Source: Squalus acanthias
Taxonomy: Eukaryota
Direction: 5' to 3'
DNA length: 64,000 nucleotides
Assembly: GCA_030390025.1 (NCBI GenBank)
Contig: CM059432.1
Coordinates: 18,416,001-18,480,000, forward strand
Shown here: piece after piece, positions 12,540 through 24,811 of the stretch
How the letters are laid out: each line of letters starts with the position of its first letter
Position numbering within the stretch: the stretch's first letter is position 1
Program-made: the position numbers and the translations under genes
The notes under the pieces: generated by a model
Databases searched by the model: none
What the model was told of the DNA's origin: nothing
The model's input: only the letters and a program-made list of their open reading frames with translations

Positions 12540-14210
12540 ATCTTATCCATGTTGAACACCACTTGGAAGAAGCACTGAGAGTAGCAAGGGCACAGAATGT
12601 ACTCTGGGTGGGGGACTTCAATGTCTATCATCAAGAGTGGCTCGGAAGCACCACTACTGACCGAGCTGGCCGAGTCCTGAAGGACATAGCTGCCAGTCTG
12701 GGCCTGTGACAGGTGGTGAGAGAACCAACACGAGGGAAAAATCTACCTGACCTCATCCTTACCAATCTACCTGTCGCAGATGCATCTGTCCATGACAGTA
12801 TTGGTAGCAGTGACCACCCCACAGTCATTGTGGAGACAAAGTCCTGTCTTCACAATGAGGACACTCTCCATCGTGTTGTGTGGCACTACTACCGTGCTAA
12901 ATGGGATAGATTCAGAACAGATCTAGCAGCTCAAAACTGGGCGTCCATGAGGCGCTGTGGGCCATTAGCAGCAGCAGAATTATATTCCACCACAATCTGT
13001 AAACATGGACAAAAGAGCTGAATTCCAGAGATGAGGTGAGAGTGACTGCCCTTGACATTAAGGCAGCATTTGACTGAGTGTGGCATCAAGAAGCTCTAGT
13101 AAAATTGGAATCAGGGCAAAAACTCTCCACTGGCTGGAGTCATACCTAGCACAAAGGAAGATTGTTGCGGTTGATGGAGGTCAATCATCTCAGCCCCAGG
13201 ACATCGCTGCAGGAGTTCCTCAGGGCAGTGTCCTAGGCCCAACCATCTACAGCTGCTTCATTAATGACCTTCCCACCATCATAAGGTCAGAAGTGGGGCT
13301 GTTCGCTGATGACTGCACAGTGTTCAGTTCCATTTGCAACTTCTCAGAAAATGAAGCAGTCCATGCCCGAATGTAACAAGACCTGGACGGCGTTCAGGCT
13401 TCAGCTGATAAGTGACAAGTAACATTCGCGTCACACAAGTGCCAGGCAATGACTATCTCCAACAAGCGAGAGTCTAATCACCGCCCCTTGACATTCAACG
13501 GCATTACCATCGCCAAATCCCCCACCATCAACATCTCGGGGGGGGTCACCATTGGCCAGGAACTTAACTGGACCAACCACATCAATACTGTGGCTACAAG
13601 AGCAGGTCATAGGCTGGGTATTCTGCGGCGAGTGTCTCAACTCTTGACTCCCCAAAGCCTTTCCATCATCTACAAGGCACAAGTCAGGAGTGTGATGGAA
13701 TACTCTCCACTTGCCTGGATGAGTGCAGCTCCAACAACACTCAAGCAGCTTGACACCATCCAGGACAAAGCAGCCCGCTTGATTGGCACCCCATCCACCA
13801 ACTTAAACATTCACTCTCTCCACCACCGGCATACCGTGGATGCAGTGTGTACCATCTACAAGATGCACTGCAGCAACTCACCAAGGCTTCTTTGGCAGCA
13901 CCTCCCAAACCTGTGACCTCTACCACCTAGAAAGACAAGGGCAGCAGGTGCATGGGAACACCACCACTTGCAAGTTCCCCTCCAAGTCACACACCATCCT
14001 GACTTGGAAATATATCGCCATTCCTTCATCGTCGCTGGGTCAAAATCCTGGAACTCCCTCACTAACAGCACTCTGGGAGTACCTTCACTACACGGACTGC
14101 AGCGGTTCAAGAAGGCGGCTCACCACCACCTTCTCAAGGGCAATTAGGGATGGACAATAAATGCTGGCCTTGCCAGCGATGCCCACATCCCATAAATGAA
14201 TTAAAAAAAA
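12540..14210 (+). mobile_element. Internally deleted non-LTR retrotransposon of the CR1/L2/Crack group (family distinct from the main CR1s)
   Basis: Endonuclease remnant (VGDFNV, PTRGKNLPDLILTN, SDH), RT remnant (GVPQGSVLGP, FADD), C-terminal IYKAQVRSVMEYSPLAW. Confidence 0.88.
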
Positions 14211-14282
14211 CAATGAATATAGAGCCCAAGTTCCTACAGATCTGTTCATCCCATACCCCCCCACCCTCACACAATCTTTGAA

Positions 14283-14597
14283 TAACAACAACAACTTGCA
14301 TTTATATGGTGCTTTTAATGTAGTAAAACATCCCACGGTGCTTCACAGGAGTGTTATCAAACAAAATTTGACACCGAGCCATGTAAGGAAATATTAGGAC
14401 AGATGACCAATAGCTTTGTCAAAGAGGTAGGTTTTAAAGAGCGTCTTAAAGGAGGAAAGAGAGGTCGAGAGCCAGAGAGGTTTAAGGAGTGAATTCCGGA
14501 GCTTAGGGCTTCGGCAGCTGAACGCATGGCCGCCAATGGTGGAGCGATTAAAATCGGGGATGTGTAAGAGGCCAGAATTGGGGAAGTGCAGAGATAG
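14283..14597 (-). mobile_element. L2 LINE 3' end
   Basis: (CAA)n-CTTGCATTTATA tail, FKTLFKTYLF-type C-terminus; sister copies at 21868, 37330, 51400, 52093. Confidence 0.85.
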
Positions 14598-14727
14598 AAT
14601 AGAACCGGTTGAATCAGAGGAAGTCAAAGCGTAAGGAAACCTTCTTTGTGAGAGAAGAGAAATGAGAGAATGCCTGGCTCTGTGGGCCGAGAATCGAGGA
14701 GTGAAGTTGTTTGTTCATCTCATGAAG

Positions 14728-14779
14728 AATAAGTTCCCTTAACGACACTGAAGATGAGTGCAGCATTCTGCACAATGAG
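14728..14779 (+). CDS. Candidate host-gene exon (ISSLNDTEDECSILHNE)
   Basis: AAG acceptor after a pyrimidine-rich stretch, GAG|GTAACA donor; phase 2 to 0, compatible with 6693. Confidence 0.3.
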
Positions 14780-14861
14780 GTAACATCAACAATCATCAGC
14801 CAGTCCCTTCACTATATATTTCTCCATTCAGTGGATGTGTAGTTTGTGTCCTTATGTCTAG

Positions 14862-14924
14862 GATACAGATGCTATAGAATTACATCAAAATTGGCCAAAA
14901 ATATGTCGCACTGTAAAAAATTGA
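14862..14924 (+). CDS. Candidate terminal coding exon (DTDAIELHQNWPKICRTVKN*)
   Basis: TTTGTGTCCTTATGTCTAG acceptor, phase 0; followed by AT-rich sequence with AATAAA near 15485 and 15533. Confidence 0.28.
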   Translation, partial: DTDAIELHQNWPKICRTVKN

Positions 14925-15570
14925 GAAGCGTGTACTTACAGCCTGATCACTCTTCAGCATTTATAAGTGCGTTAATTGTGGTAAAAGTAATTAATTCTGT
15001 ATCAGAGTTTATATTAAGTCACATCTATAATGGAATGACTGCACGTTTTGTTATTAAGTTGGATTACCGCACCATGGCTTTTTACTTGTAGATTAGCCTG
15101 TGACTCTCATTTTTATTGCCTGTCTCAATCCTAACAAGCAGTTTTAATGTAGTTAATGCACTGGTGCTAAGAATTAATGTTCAAATATTTTTGAAAACCG
15201 TTTAGCACAATGTCAGCATGATGATTTTACAGAAAATTATTTATGTTACCAGGGGCTAATATTATCCAATTTTTTTTTAATAGTTCCATTTTAATGCTTG
15301 AATGACCACAGTTTCAAACATATTGAAAACCCATTTCTATGGGTCAGCTGTGTAATACTGATAAAAACATTACTTATTTGTTATAGCTTTTGTCTGCGGG
15401 GAACCAAGATACTGAACAGTATGCTGGGATCAAGTGGGGAAAAAACTGGAAAAAGAAGTGTTCGGAATTGAATTGGATTAGTTCAATAAAACAATTAAAA
15501 AAAAGATGCAATGGACAGGACACTAAAAAGAAAATAAAGGCATTTTCTTCTTGAGTTAAAACAAAACAAT

Positions 15571-16240
15571 GGGCTAGAAATTGGTCTGTGCAGCGCCCAT
15601 TTTTCAGCTGTTACTCAGACTACTAAGGCCCTAATATGGCAGGCAGGAAGTGTGCACACATTTCTGGCTGGAGGCCAGGGAAACCAGGCCTGAGAATTGC
15701 CTGCTAGGCCCAACCCAAGAAGGCAAGGAACTTACCTGAATGTGGAGTCAGGAGGAGGACCCATATTAAAGGAATCAATCGCTGCCGCTCTCTCCTGAAT
15801 CTCCCCGCCTCATCCCCCCGATACCCGGCACCCCCAACCCGATCCCCAGCACTGATGCCGGACCTCCTGATCCATGGCCCCCCGATCACCTGCCCACGAT
15901 TCCTGGCCTCTCCGATCCACGACCCTCGCGATCCCTGTCACAGATCTGACCCCTGGCCCTGATCCATGGCCTCGATCCCGGAACCGACACCCAGCCCCGA
16001 TCCTAGACCCGACCCCAATCCCAGACACGTTCCCCGACCCGACCTCAGCTCCTACCCCTGATCCCGAACATGCCTCCAAGCACCGATCCCTGACCCACGC
16101 CCATGACTTGGCTTTGATCCCAGACCCGACCTCCGGCTCTGACCCACGGCCCGACCCCTGACCCGACCCCCAGACCCACTTATCTGAGGGCAGCTCCGAT
16201 GGTATCAGCGTCCCAATCTTGCACTCCTCATCGCTGGTGG
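15571..16240. mobile_element. Partial MITE-like element with a low-complexity CCCGATCC/CCCGACCC core
   Basis: Starts GGGCTAGAAATT; shares TAAGGCCC..AT/AATGGCAGGCAGGAAGTGTGC with the 48593 element. Confidence 0.55.
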
Positions 16241-16688
16241 GCTCTTATCACTATTCAGGCATTGGGAATGTTGGAATCGAGGCGTTGCTTAACCGGGGGC
16301 CAATGTAGGTCAGCGAGCACAGGGGAGATAGGCGAACGGGACTTGGTGCAAGTTAGGACACGGGCAGCCTAGTTTTGGATGACCTCAAGTTTACATAGGG
16401 TAGACTGTGGGAGGTGGGTGGGTATAGATTTCTCAGTAGCTTGATTGGAGACTCTTAATTTTGATTATTGGTTTCTACGCATGTCAGATGTCTGGCTAGC
16501 ACCGCTCCACCCACCACCACCACCCCCCTTCCAAAATTGTATGTTGCAGTTTGAATGCATGTTCTACTAAAGTATAGGTATGTATGATACGCTATCAATG
16601 AGCTGTACAGATGGGTTTTCTCACCCTCTCCAGGATCCAATGAGCTCTCTGTGCAGGGTGCAATCCTGGCAGGGAGCTTGGAATAAAT

Positions 16689-17452
16689 GGCCCAGAAATT
16701 CGGCACTTGCCGGGTGAGTACACAGCGTGTACTCACCCGTAAGGCCACTTGAAGTGCCGGTTTCCTGCATGCACTGCGCATGCGCGGGAAACCGGAACTT
16801 CCGGTCTCGTGAAGGGAGGGGTTCAGAGGTGGACCGCGTGCGCGGGAGAGGCTGCGCGCACGTAGCGAACTTTGGTTTTTTTTCAGGTTTCTCCAGGAAG
16901 GTAAGTATGGAAGAAGCTGCGCTTTTAAAAAGGAGGCGCAAGGCCTGTTTTTAACAAGGTAAGTGGTTAATTAATTACAATTTAAACATTTTTTCAACAG
17001 GTTTATCTTTTTTAGATACTTTAAAGAAAGGTAAGTTTATTTTTAGCACCGTTAAAAAGTATATTAATTTTTTCAAAAATTTAAATTTTTGTTTAAAGTA
17101 ATTAATTTATTTAACTTATAGTTATTTTAAAAATGTGATGATTTTAAAAAAATTTATTTGAAGTTTAGGTGTTGTTTTGGGGCCGATTTCAATTCATAGA
17201 TTTGACAGGTCTTCCTGTCAAATCTATGAATGAAAATGCCCTGCTAGGATTGGCTCTCCATGGCCCACGTGATCCCAGGGGACGCTTCGAACTAACTGCG
17301 CCCCTGGGACACGCAAGCACTGCGCACCGGCAGCTGGCGGAGGCCCAGGACCCGAAGTCCTCGTGGGCCCAAAGCACAACGGCAGGCGCGGTAGGTAAGT
17401 ACACGCACAATGCTTGCACCCGCAGGAAGCCGGAAAACCAAATTTCTGGCCC
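16689..17452. mobile_element. Non-autonomous Harbinger-type MITE
   Basis: TIR GGCCCAGAAATT / AATTTCTGGCCC, 3-bp TSD AAT on both sides, GC-rich arms around an AT-rich core. Confidence 0.8.
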
Positions 17453-17786
17453 AATATTTAAATAAACTAACCCCAAGAACTAACCAGATGGCAGCTCAAT
17501 GTGACTTAGGTGAACGATATACGGTTGCGGAGCTGTGCCAGTTCAGGAGTCTCTACAAAGAATCGATCCTGTCGTGTGACCCTCACTACTCTAAAGTTGA
17601 TTTGGGAGATGTTATAGTATAAGATGATGTTATATGAATCTGAGATTGTAATGCTGAACTGATTTATGCGATATTAATTTGAACCTAGCTATTATTATGC
17701 TGCGGTGACTCTGAAACCAAGTATAGAAATACATCTAGGTAACTTAAATTAAAAAAACGATTCTGCATAAATGCATAGAATTACAT

Positions 17787-18000
17787 TACATAGACTATAC
17801 AACACAGAAACAGGCTATTCGGCCCAACTAGTCTGTGCTGGTGTTTATACTCCACATGAGTCTCCTCCCATTCCATCTACCTCATCTCAGCCTTTCAGCA
17901 TTTCTTTCTATTCCCTTTTCTCTCATGCACTCGTCTAGTTTCCTTTTGAAAGCATCTAAGCTATTTGCCTCAAGCACTTCCTGTGGTAACGAGTTCCACA
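17787..18000 (-). mobile_element. CR1 3' end fragment
   Basis: CACAGAAACAGGCTATTCGGCCCAAC tail; similar to 52687-52910. Confidence 0.75.
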
Positions 18001-18944
18001 GCATACGTAGAAGCAACACAGAAACAGTCCATTTGGCCCATCCAGTCATATCAGATTTCTGGTTCTAATCACATTCATCCACTCTGTCCCCATGTCACTT
18101 CAACTCCCTTTCCATCGCCCACCTATCTAAGTGATCTTTCCGATAACCCTGTCATGCATGAAGATGGAAAATAAGGCAGCATTTTGTGAGGTTCTGCTCC
18201 TGCAATGGAGCCTTGCTTGACAGAAGTGGAGAAAATCGCGTGTCGTGCACTTGAGTTGCGGCAATGATGTTCATCCAGTGATTCATTTCAATTTGATTTC
18301 TGCTGTAAAATGTGCCCGATAAAGTGATCTTGGAGATACAACTCTGTTTTGCCATTCATTTCTTGAAATCCGGTAAGCCAGGAGTTAAATGGTTTTCAAC
18401 CAGTGTTGCACTTTACTCAGGCTGTTGGTGGAATAGATTTTTAATTCATGTTATCCAGATTAGTTTAATATCAGACAGCGCAAAATGAGGCAAGAACACC
18501 ATCATATATTAATCCCAAGGGGAATTCTGATGTACTACTTACATTAATGATGGTATTGCAATGTTGAAATTTTTCAGCTAATCATCCCTACCATAATATC
18601 TGCTTAGCTCTGGAATATGAATTTCCAGTCTTAATGGGGGTCTGAGTCGAAAACACTGGGGTGATTTCCTCCTATTAATTAATCTTTCCTACAGTGTACA
18701 CTGTGTACTTTCCAGCAAGGTTATACCTAATGATCAGGAGGGTTAACCACTGGTGTTTTTTGCCCTCTCCCTACCCAGGGGTGTTGAGACCAATTTTAGC
18801 CCTTCTACTATGACCACAGCTATTTCAGCACACAACCGTGATTGAATGAGAAACCGTTCTGGTCTCTCGGCTTTCAGTTAGAGGCTTTAAGGTCAAGATC
18901 CATCAGGGGCTTGAGCACATAATCTGAGGAGGTTCTGCATTGTC

Positions 18945-20280
18945 AGAGCTGTAGTGGTTGTCGTGCTGGACTAGCAACCACACAGGTCCTGGGGGGAATT
19001 TTAACCCCCAAAACGGTTGGGTTTGGGTTGGGTGGGAATTAAAAAAATCTTAAACCCGACCCTAACCCGCCTCGAAACCGCTGGTTCCAGTTTTAACGGA
19101 CAGGGAGGGGGGTGGGTGGGCAACCAACACGTCCCCAGGAGGCGGGTCCCTTATTTAAATATTTTAATGAGGCTGCAAGCCTCAGAGTTTATCTCTGTTC
19201 CAGCTTTAACATTGGCTGGCCGGGTTTCCCGGGCCTCGGGAAACCCAGCAGCTAAAGGGAGGCGAGGACTGCTACATGTAAGAGTTAAATGTCTTTACAG
19301 CACTGTTTGTGGGCCAGGAGGAGCAGGAGTGCTTTCCCTCGGCCCACCAAGCAAACCTATTAACATCCACAGCGATCAGACCCTCCCCACGATCCGATGC
19401 CCTCCTGATGTCTTCCATGACCTGCGATCTCCTCCCGGCCCCTCCATATGTTCTCCACGGGCCCTCCACGATCTTCACCCCCCCTCTCCCGATCTCTCCA
19501 CGGCCCCTTCCATGATCTTCTCCTTCGATCTCTCCGGCCCCCTGCAATCTTCTCGTCTTCTCCCCCAATCTCCCCGAGATCTTCTCCTCTCCTCCCCTGA
19601 TCTCTCCGGCAACTTCCACGATCTCCCCTCCTCCCCCGATCTCTCTAGCCCCTTCCATGACCTATTCCCCCGCTCCATCGATCTCTTCGCGATCTTCTCC
19701 CCTCATTCCCCGATCTCTCTGGCCCTCCTCTACGCTCTCCGGCAGTGGCCTGGAGCCGCAAGCCTACCCGCCCGAAAGTCAGCCAGCCCCTCAATCTGGC
19801 TGGCTCTGGCCAGGAAACAGATTTCAAAAATGGTAATCAGGCCCACCTGTTAAATTCGTCAGGACCTGAGGGAAGCCCGTTCTTCTGGGTTTCCCAACCA
19901 CGAAACTACCCCTCTGCTCCCTCCCTGCCTCCCCGTAAATATCGGGGCCCATGAGTTCAAATCCTACCATGGCAATTATGAAATGGAATTTAGTAAAATC
20001 TAATCATTTGTACACTGGCACCAGAAAGGAAAAAAAAAACATGTAAGTTGCTGGATTGCTATTGAAACCCAACTGGCTCACTCATGTCCTTCAGGTAAAG
20101 GAGCTTGCCACCCCTACTTGGTCTGGCCTACACATGCTTTAATCGTAATGCTCTCTGAAGTGACCGTGTAAGCCAATCAGTTGTAAAAACAATCACTACG
20201 GAAGGCCCAGCACAGGTCTCCCTGGGTAGATAGAGATGGGAAATAAACGTGGCCTTGCCATTGTCATCCGTGTCATGAGA
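18945..20280 (+). mobile_element. tRNA-derived SINE interrupted by a MITE
   Basis: A-box-like GTAGTGGTT before the MITE, B-box-like GAGTTCAAATCC right after it (19953); tail resembles the 14140-14190 LINE tail. Confidence 0.6.
18991..19950. mobile_element. MITE-like element with internal CGATCTCTCC low-complexity repeats
   Basis: Ends GGGGGGAATTTTA...TAAATATCGGGGCCC (imperfect TIR); splits the SINE head between the A and B boxes. Confidence 0.6.
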
Positions 20281-21867
20281 ACAAATCAAAAGAGATAAGA
20301 TATCGAAAAAAAACAATCTTCCTGTTCCAAAGGTACAGATTTTCCGCTTTGATGGAGTACCAACAGGATGTCAGCATGAGGCTGGTAAATTTTCAGTGGT
20401 CAGGCCAGTTTTAATGGTGGGGCAGAGGGAACAGGGGCTGGGGAATAATACGGTCTCAAAGAAGCAAAGCATGTCTGCAGGGGCTAGAGGAGTTTGCCAC
20501 AGTAGGTTGGGGTGAGGCAGTGGAGATTTAAAAGCAAAGAGAAGGATGCTGAAATCAATTCACTGGGTCACTAGGCCCCAGTCTAAGAGAGGGTCCTAAA
20601 GACCTCTGGTGATCCTGAGAAGGTTGTTTTGACTCTTGCCAGTCCAGTGACTGAATTCATTAGAGTTCAGCTCTTGATGGTCTAGTGGTTTGAATATGTA
20701 TAAGATTCTTCATTTCCAATTTTTTTTTAACTGATTTGCACCAATAATTCCTTGGATTGTTAAAGTATTCCTCATCACTTTTCACTGATTTTCACCTGAA
20801 TATTAACAGACTTACGAACACACATATCATTTTTGTGCATTGGACTGAATTGTGCTGCCGTCTGTGCCAATGATGTGTCCTATTGGATATGAGCCTCAAG
20901 AGGAATAATATGCTCACTATAAACAGTTGACATAGCCACAATATAAAATGTCAGTCACCTGCCTCCCTGCTCTCCCTGTCTGCCTGCTCGTCTGTCTGAA
21001 AAGTAATTACACGGAGCTGAGCTGTTCCTTTTTTTTAATGGAGTTACTCTAATGCATTCCGGTTGTTTGCTCGAGACCCTGGTTGTTTCCGAGTTACCAG
21101 ACAGAACAGTAATGAACTTTGACTCCGATCATTAATGGTGAATCAGGAAGAGCTGTAGCTCATCACAGGTCATTACTACGCGCATCATCAGAGCAGGTAT
21201 CAAGGTCAGCGGGGATTATAACTACCCAGCGTTGACTTGTCATAAATCACCGCCACACATAAAATGTAATTCCATTATTTGCTGCAGCCCCTGGTGTCAG
21301 GAACTTATAAGGATAATGCATTTCTCATAAGACAGTGAGCCTCTCAGACTGTCGACTAAAAGACAATCCTGCCTCCTTCCGAGTCTTTGGCTGTCAGGCC
21401 CAGACATAGGAAGAGAGAGAAACCAAGACAAATAGCTTTGTAACAAATAAATGTAGAGCAATCTCCTTTCATTTGGCTTCATCAGCATGTCCTCACTGGC
21501 ACTAAATCCCTCGCTCCATCAGCTTCTCTCCAAGCTTCACAGGCTCGCCACGCCTCCAGCGAGCTGTCTTCAGAATTCGCGTCCTGGCTTTCAAATCCCT
21601 CCATTGCCTTGCCCCACCCTGCCTTAGTGATCTCCCACAGCCTTCGCCTTCTGCTTGCTTTCTTCTCTCCGCACTTTGTCACCCGCTCCCTCTGGTCTAC
21701 GAACGGTGGCTGATCACTCAGGCATTATGGTCCTGCCTGTTGGTTGAGGTAATGACTCCATGTCGAATAAGGAAAGGCAAAATTGAGGAATTGTTGCCAT
21801 TGAATTTGGGGACGTAAAAGGTCATTCCTGTAGTTTACCGATAGGAATGACTAGTCATGCTGAACCC

Positions 21868-22100
21868 AACAACAACAACAACAACTTGCATTCATATAGC
21901 GCCTTTAACGTAGTAAACCGTCCCAAGGCACTTCACAGGAGCGTTATCAAACAAAATTTGACACTGAGCAGGTGACTAAATAGGTAGGTTTTAAGGACTG
22001 TCTCAAAGAAGGAGAAAGGTGGAGAGATTTACGGAGGAAATATCAGAGCTTAGGACCTAGGCAACTGTAAGCATGGCCGCCAATTGTGGAGCGATGAAAA
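21868..22100 (-). mobile_element. L2 3' end
   Basis: (CAA)n tail, similar to 14283. Confidence 0.82.
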
Positions 22101-22896
22101 TCCAAGACCTAGTTGGCATGAAACTCGAAAACCGTGACACCAAGTATCATTATTTTCAACTGGTAAATGCTCCACCAGGCTTTACCAATAAGTTAAAATT
22201 TTTAAATTTAAATAAGATACCTGTTCATGAGCTATACCATATAATTGCTGAAAATAGACCTAGCCACATACATTGTATAAAATGCATCTCTCACATTTGA
22301 AGAGGAGTAAATGACGGACACTGAGGTGTTTTGTAGAGACCCCTCATATGTGGGATGAATGCCATAGTCAGTGGCTTACCATTATGTATTTTATTTTGCT
22401 AGAAGCATTGAGTTAACTTTTTTTTTGCGGGGGGTATGTTGGGGAAGAGAGAGGGGTAACTCGCAAAATTAGTTTTATTCATAATTAGTGTATTTTAGAC
22501 CGGAATTTTCACATTGCAGAGCGTGCGGGTTTGGGAGCGGGTCGGCGGTTACAAGCGCTGAAATTGAAAGCGCAGCGGGAACCTGCCTTCATCCCACCGA
22601 CTTCCGCGTTTAACTGGAGTGCATTTCGAAGCGTGCCACGGACCCGCTCGGGACAGGCAGGTGACCTTATTGAGGTACTTAACTGCTCATTTAGAGACCC
22701 TTAACAGCCTTTTTAACGTGAGGTTTCAACTTTAACTGGTTGCGCATGGGATTCACGGACCTCAAGAACCTCGCCTCTGCAGGCAAGGTGAGAGCTCAGT
22801 GACCAATGTGCTACTTCATTAAGTGACAACTGGAAAAAGCACAAAAATACACACACCTTACGCCTGCTTCCTTGCCTAAGGGAAAGACTCCTGCTG

Positions 22897-24660
22897 ACAA
22901 AGAAATGGCAGACCAATTAAATACATACTTTGGTTCTGTCTTCACAAAGGAGGACACAAATAACCTCCCAGAGATGTTGGGGAATAGGGTCTAATGAGAG
23001 GGAGGAATTGAATGAAATCAGTATTTGTAGGGAAATGGTGTTAGGGAAATTGACGGGATTGAAGGCCAATAAATCTCCAGGGCCTGATAATCTACATCCT
23101 AGGTTACTTAAGGAAGTGGCCCTAGAAATAGTAGATACATTGCTGGTCATCTTCCAAAATTCTATAGACTCTGGAACAGTTCCCATGGATTGGAGGGTAG
23201 CTAATGTAACGCCACTATTTAAAAAAGGTGGTAGAGAGAAAACGGGGAATTATAGACCAGTAAGCCTGACATCGGTAGTGGGCAAAATGCTAGAGTCCAT
23301 TATAAAAGATGTAATAGCAGAGCACTTGGAAAACAGTGACAGGATCGGACAAAGTCAACATGGATTTACAAAAGGTAAATCATGCCTGACTAATTTACTG
23401 GAATTTTTTGAGGATGTAACTGGTAGAATAGATAAGGCAGAACCAGTGGATGTGGTGTATTTGGACTTTCAGAAGGCTTTCGATAAGGTCCCGCATAAGA
23501 GATTGGCGTGCCAAGTTAAAGCACATGGGATTGAGGGTAAGGTACTGACTTGGATAGAGAACTGGTTGGCAGACAGGAAGCAAAGAGTTGGAATAAATGG
23601 GTCTTTTTCCGAGTGGCAGGCAGTGACTAGTGGGGTACCGCAGGGATCGGTGCTAGGACCCCAGTTATTCACAATATATATTAATGATCTAGATGAGGGA
23701 ACTAGATGTAATATCTCCAAGTTTACAGATGACACAAAGCTGGGTGGGCGTGTGTGCTGTGAGGAGGATGCAGAGAAACTCCAGTGTGATTTGGACAGGT
23801 TGGGTGATTGGGCAGATGCATGGCAGATGCAGTATAATGTGGATAAATGCAAGGTTATCCACTTTGGTAGCAAAAACAGGAAGACAGATTATTATCTGAA
23901 CGGCAATAGATTGGGATAAGGGGAAGTGCAACGAGACCTGGGTGTCCTTGTGCACCAGTCGCTGAAGGTAACCATGCAGGTGCAGCAGGCGGTTAAGAAG
24001 GCAAATGGTATGTTGGCCTTCATAGCGAGAGGATTCGAGTACAGGAGCAAGGATGTCTTGCTGCAGTTGTACAGGGCCTTGGTGAGACCACACCTTGAGT
24101 ATTGTGTGCAGTTTTGGTCGCCTTATCTGAGGAAGGATGTTCTTGCCATGGAGGGAGTGCAGCGAAGATTCACCAGACTGAAACCTGGGATGGCAGGAAT
24201 GACGTATGAAGAGAGATTGAGTCAATTAGGCTTATATTCGCTAGAGTTTAGAAGAATGAGAGGGGATCTCATTGAAACTTATAAAATTCTAACAGGACTA
24301 GACAGACTAGATGCAGGAAGGATGTTCCCGATGGCAGGGGAGTCCAGAACCAGAGGTCACAGTCTAAGGATAAGGGGTAAGCCATTTAGGACTGAGATGA
24401 GGAGGAATTTCTTCACCCAGAGAGTGGTGAACCTGTGGAATTCTCTACCACAGAAGGCAGTTGAGTCCAATTCATTAAATATATTCAAGAAGGAGTTAGA
24501 TATATTTCTTAAGGCTAAAGGGACCAAGGGATATGGGGAGAAAGCAGGGACAGGGTTCTGAATTTGGATAATCAGCCATGATCTCATTAAATGGCAGAAA
24601 AGGCTCGAGGGGCCGAATGGCCTACTCCTGCTCCTATCTTCTATGTTTCTATGTTTCTAT
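22897..24660 (+). mobile_element. 5'-truncated CR1 (family A), one in-frame stop
   Basis: ORFs 22930-23919 and 23926-24561 encode RT (GVPQGSVLGP, FTDD) and the C-terminus; (ATGTTTCT)n tail. Confidence 0.95.
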
Positions 24661-24811
24661 GACACTATTTTGTGCTGGGATTTTGCTTTCAGGAGTTTGC
24701 TGGTGATTTCTGCAACCTCGGAAGCCACTCTCACCACATTGCTAGTCACTCTCACTACATTGGAGGATTGTGCCTCTGATCTCCACTTTACCTGCCATCT
24801 ATCAGATCAGC

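Noticed and set aside
19017..19853. 278-aa ORF
   Set aside because: Non-ATG start, inside a low-complexity MITE; Pro/Ser-rich artefact.
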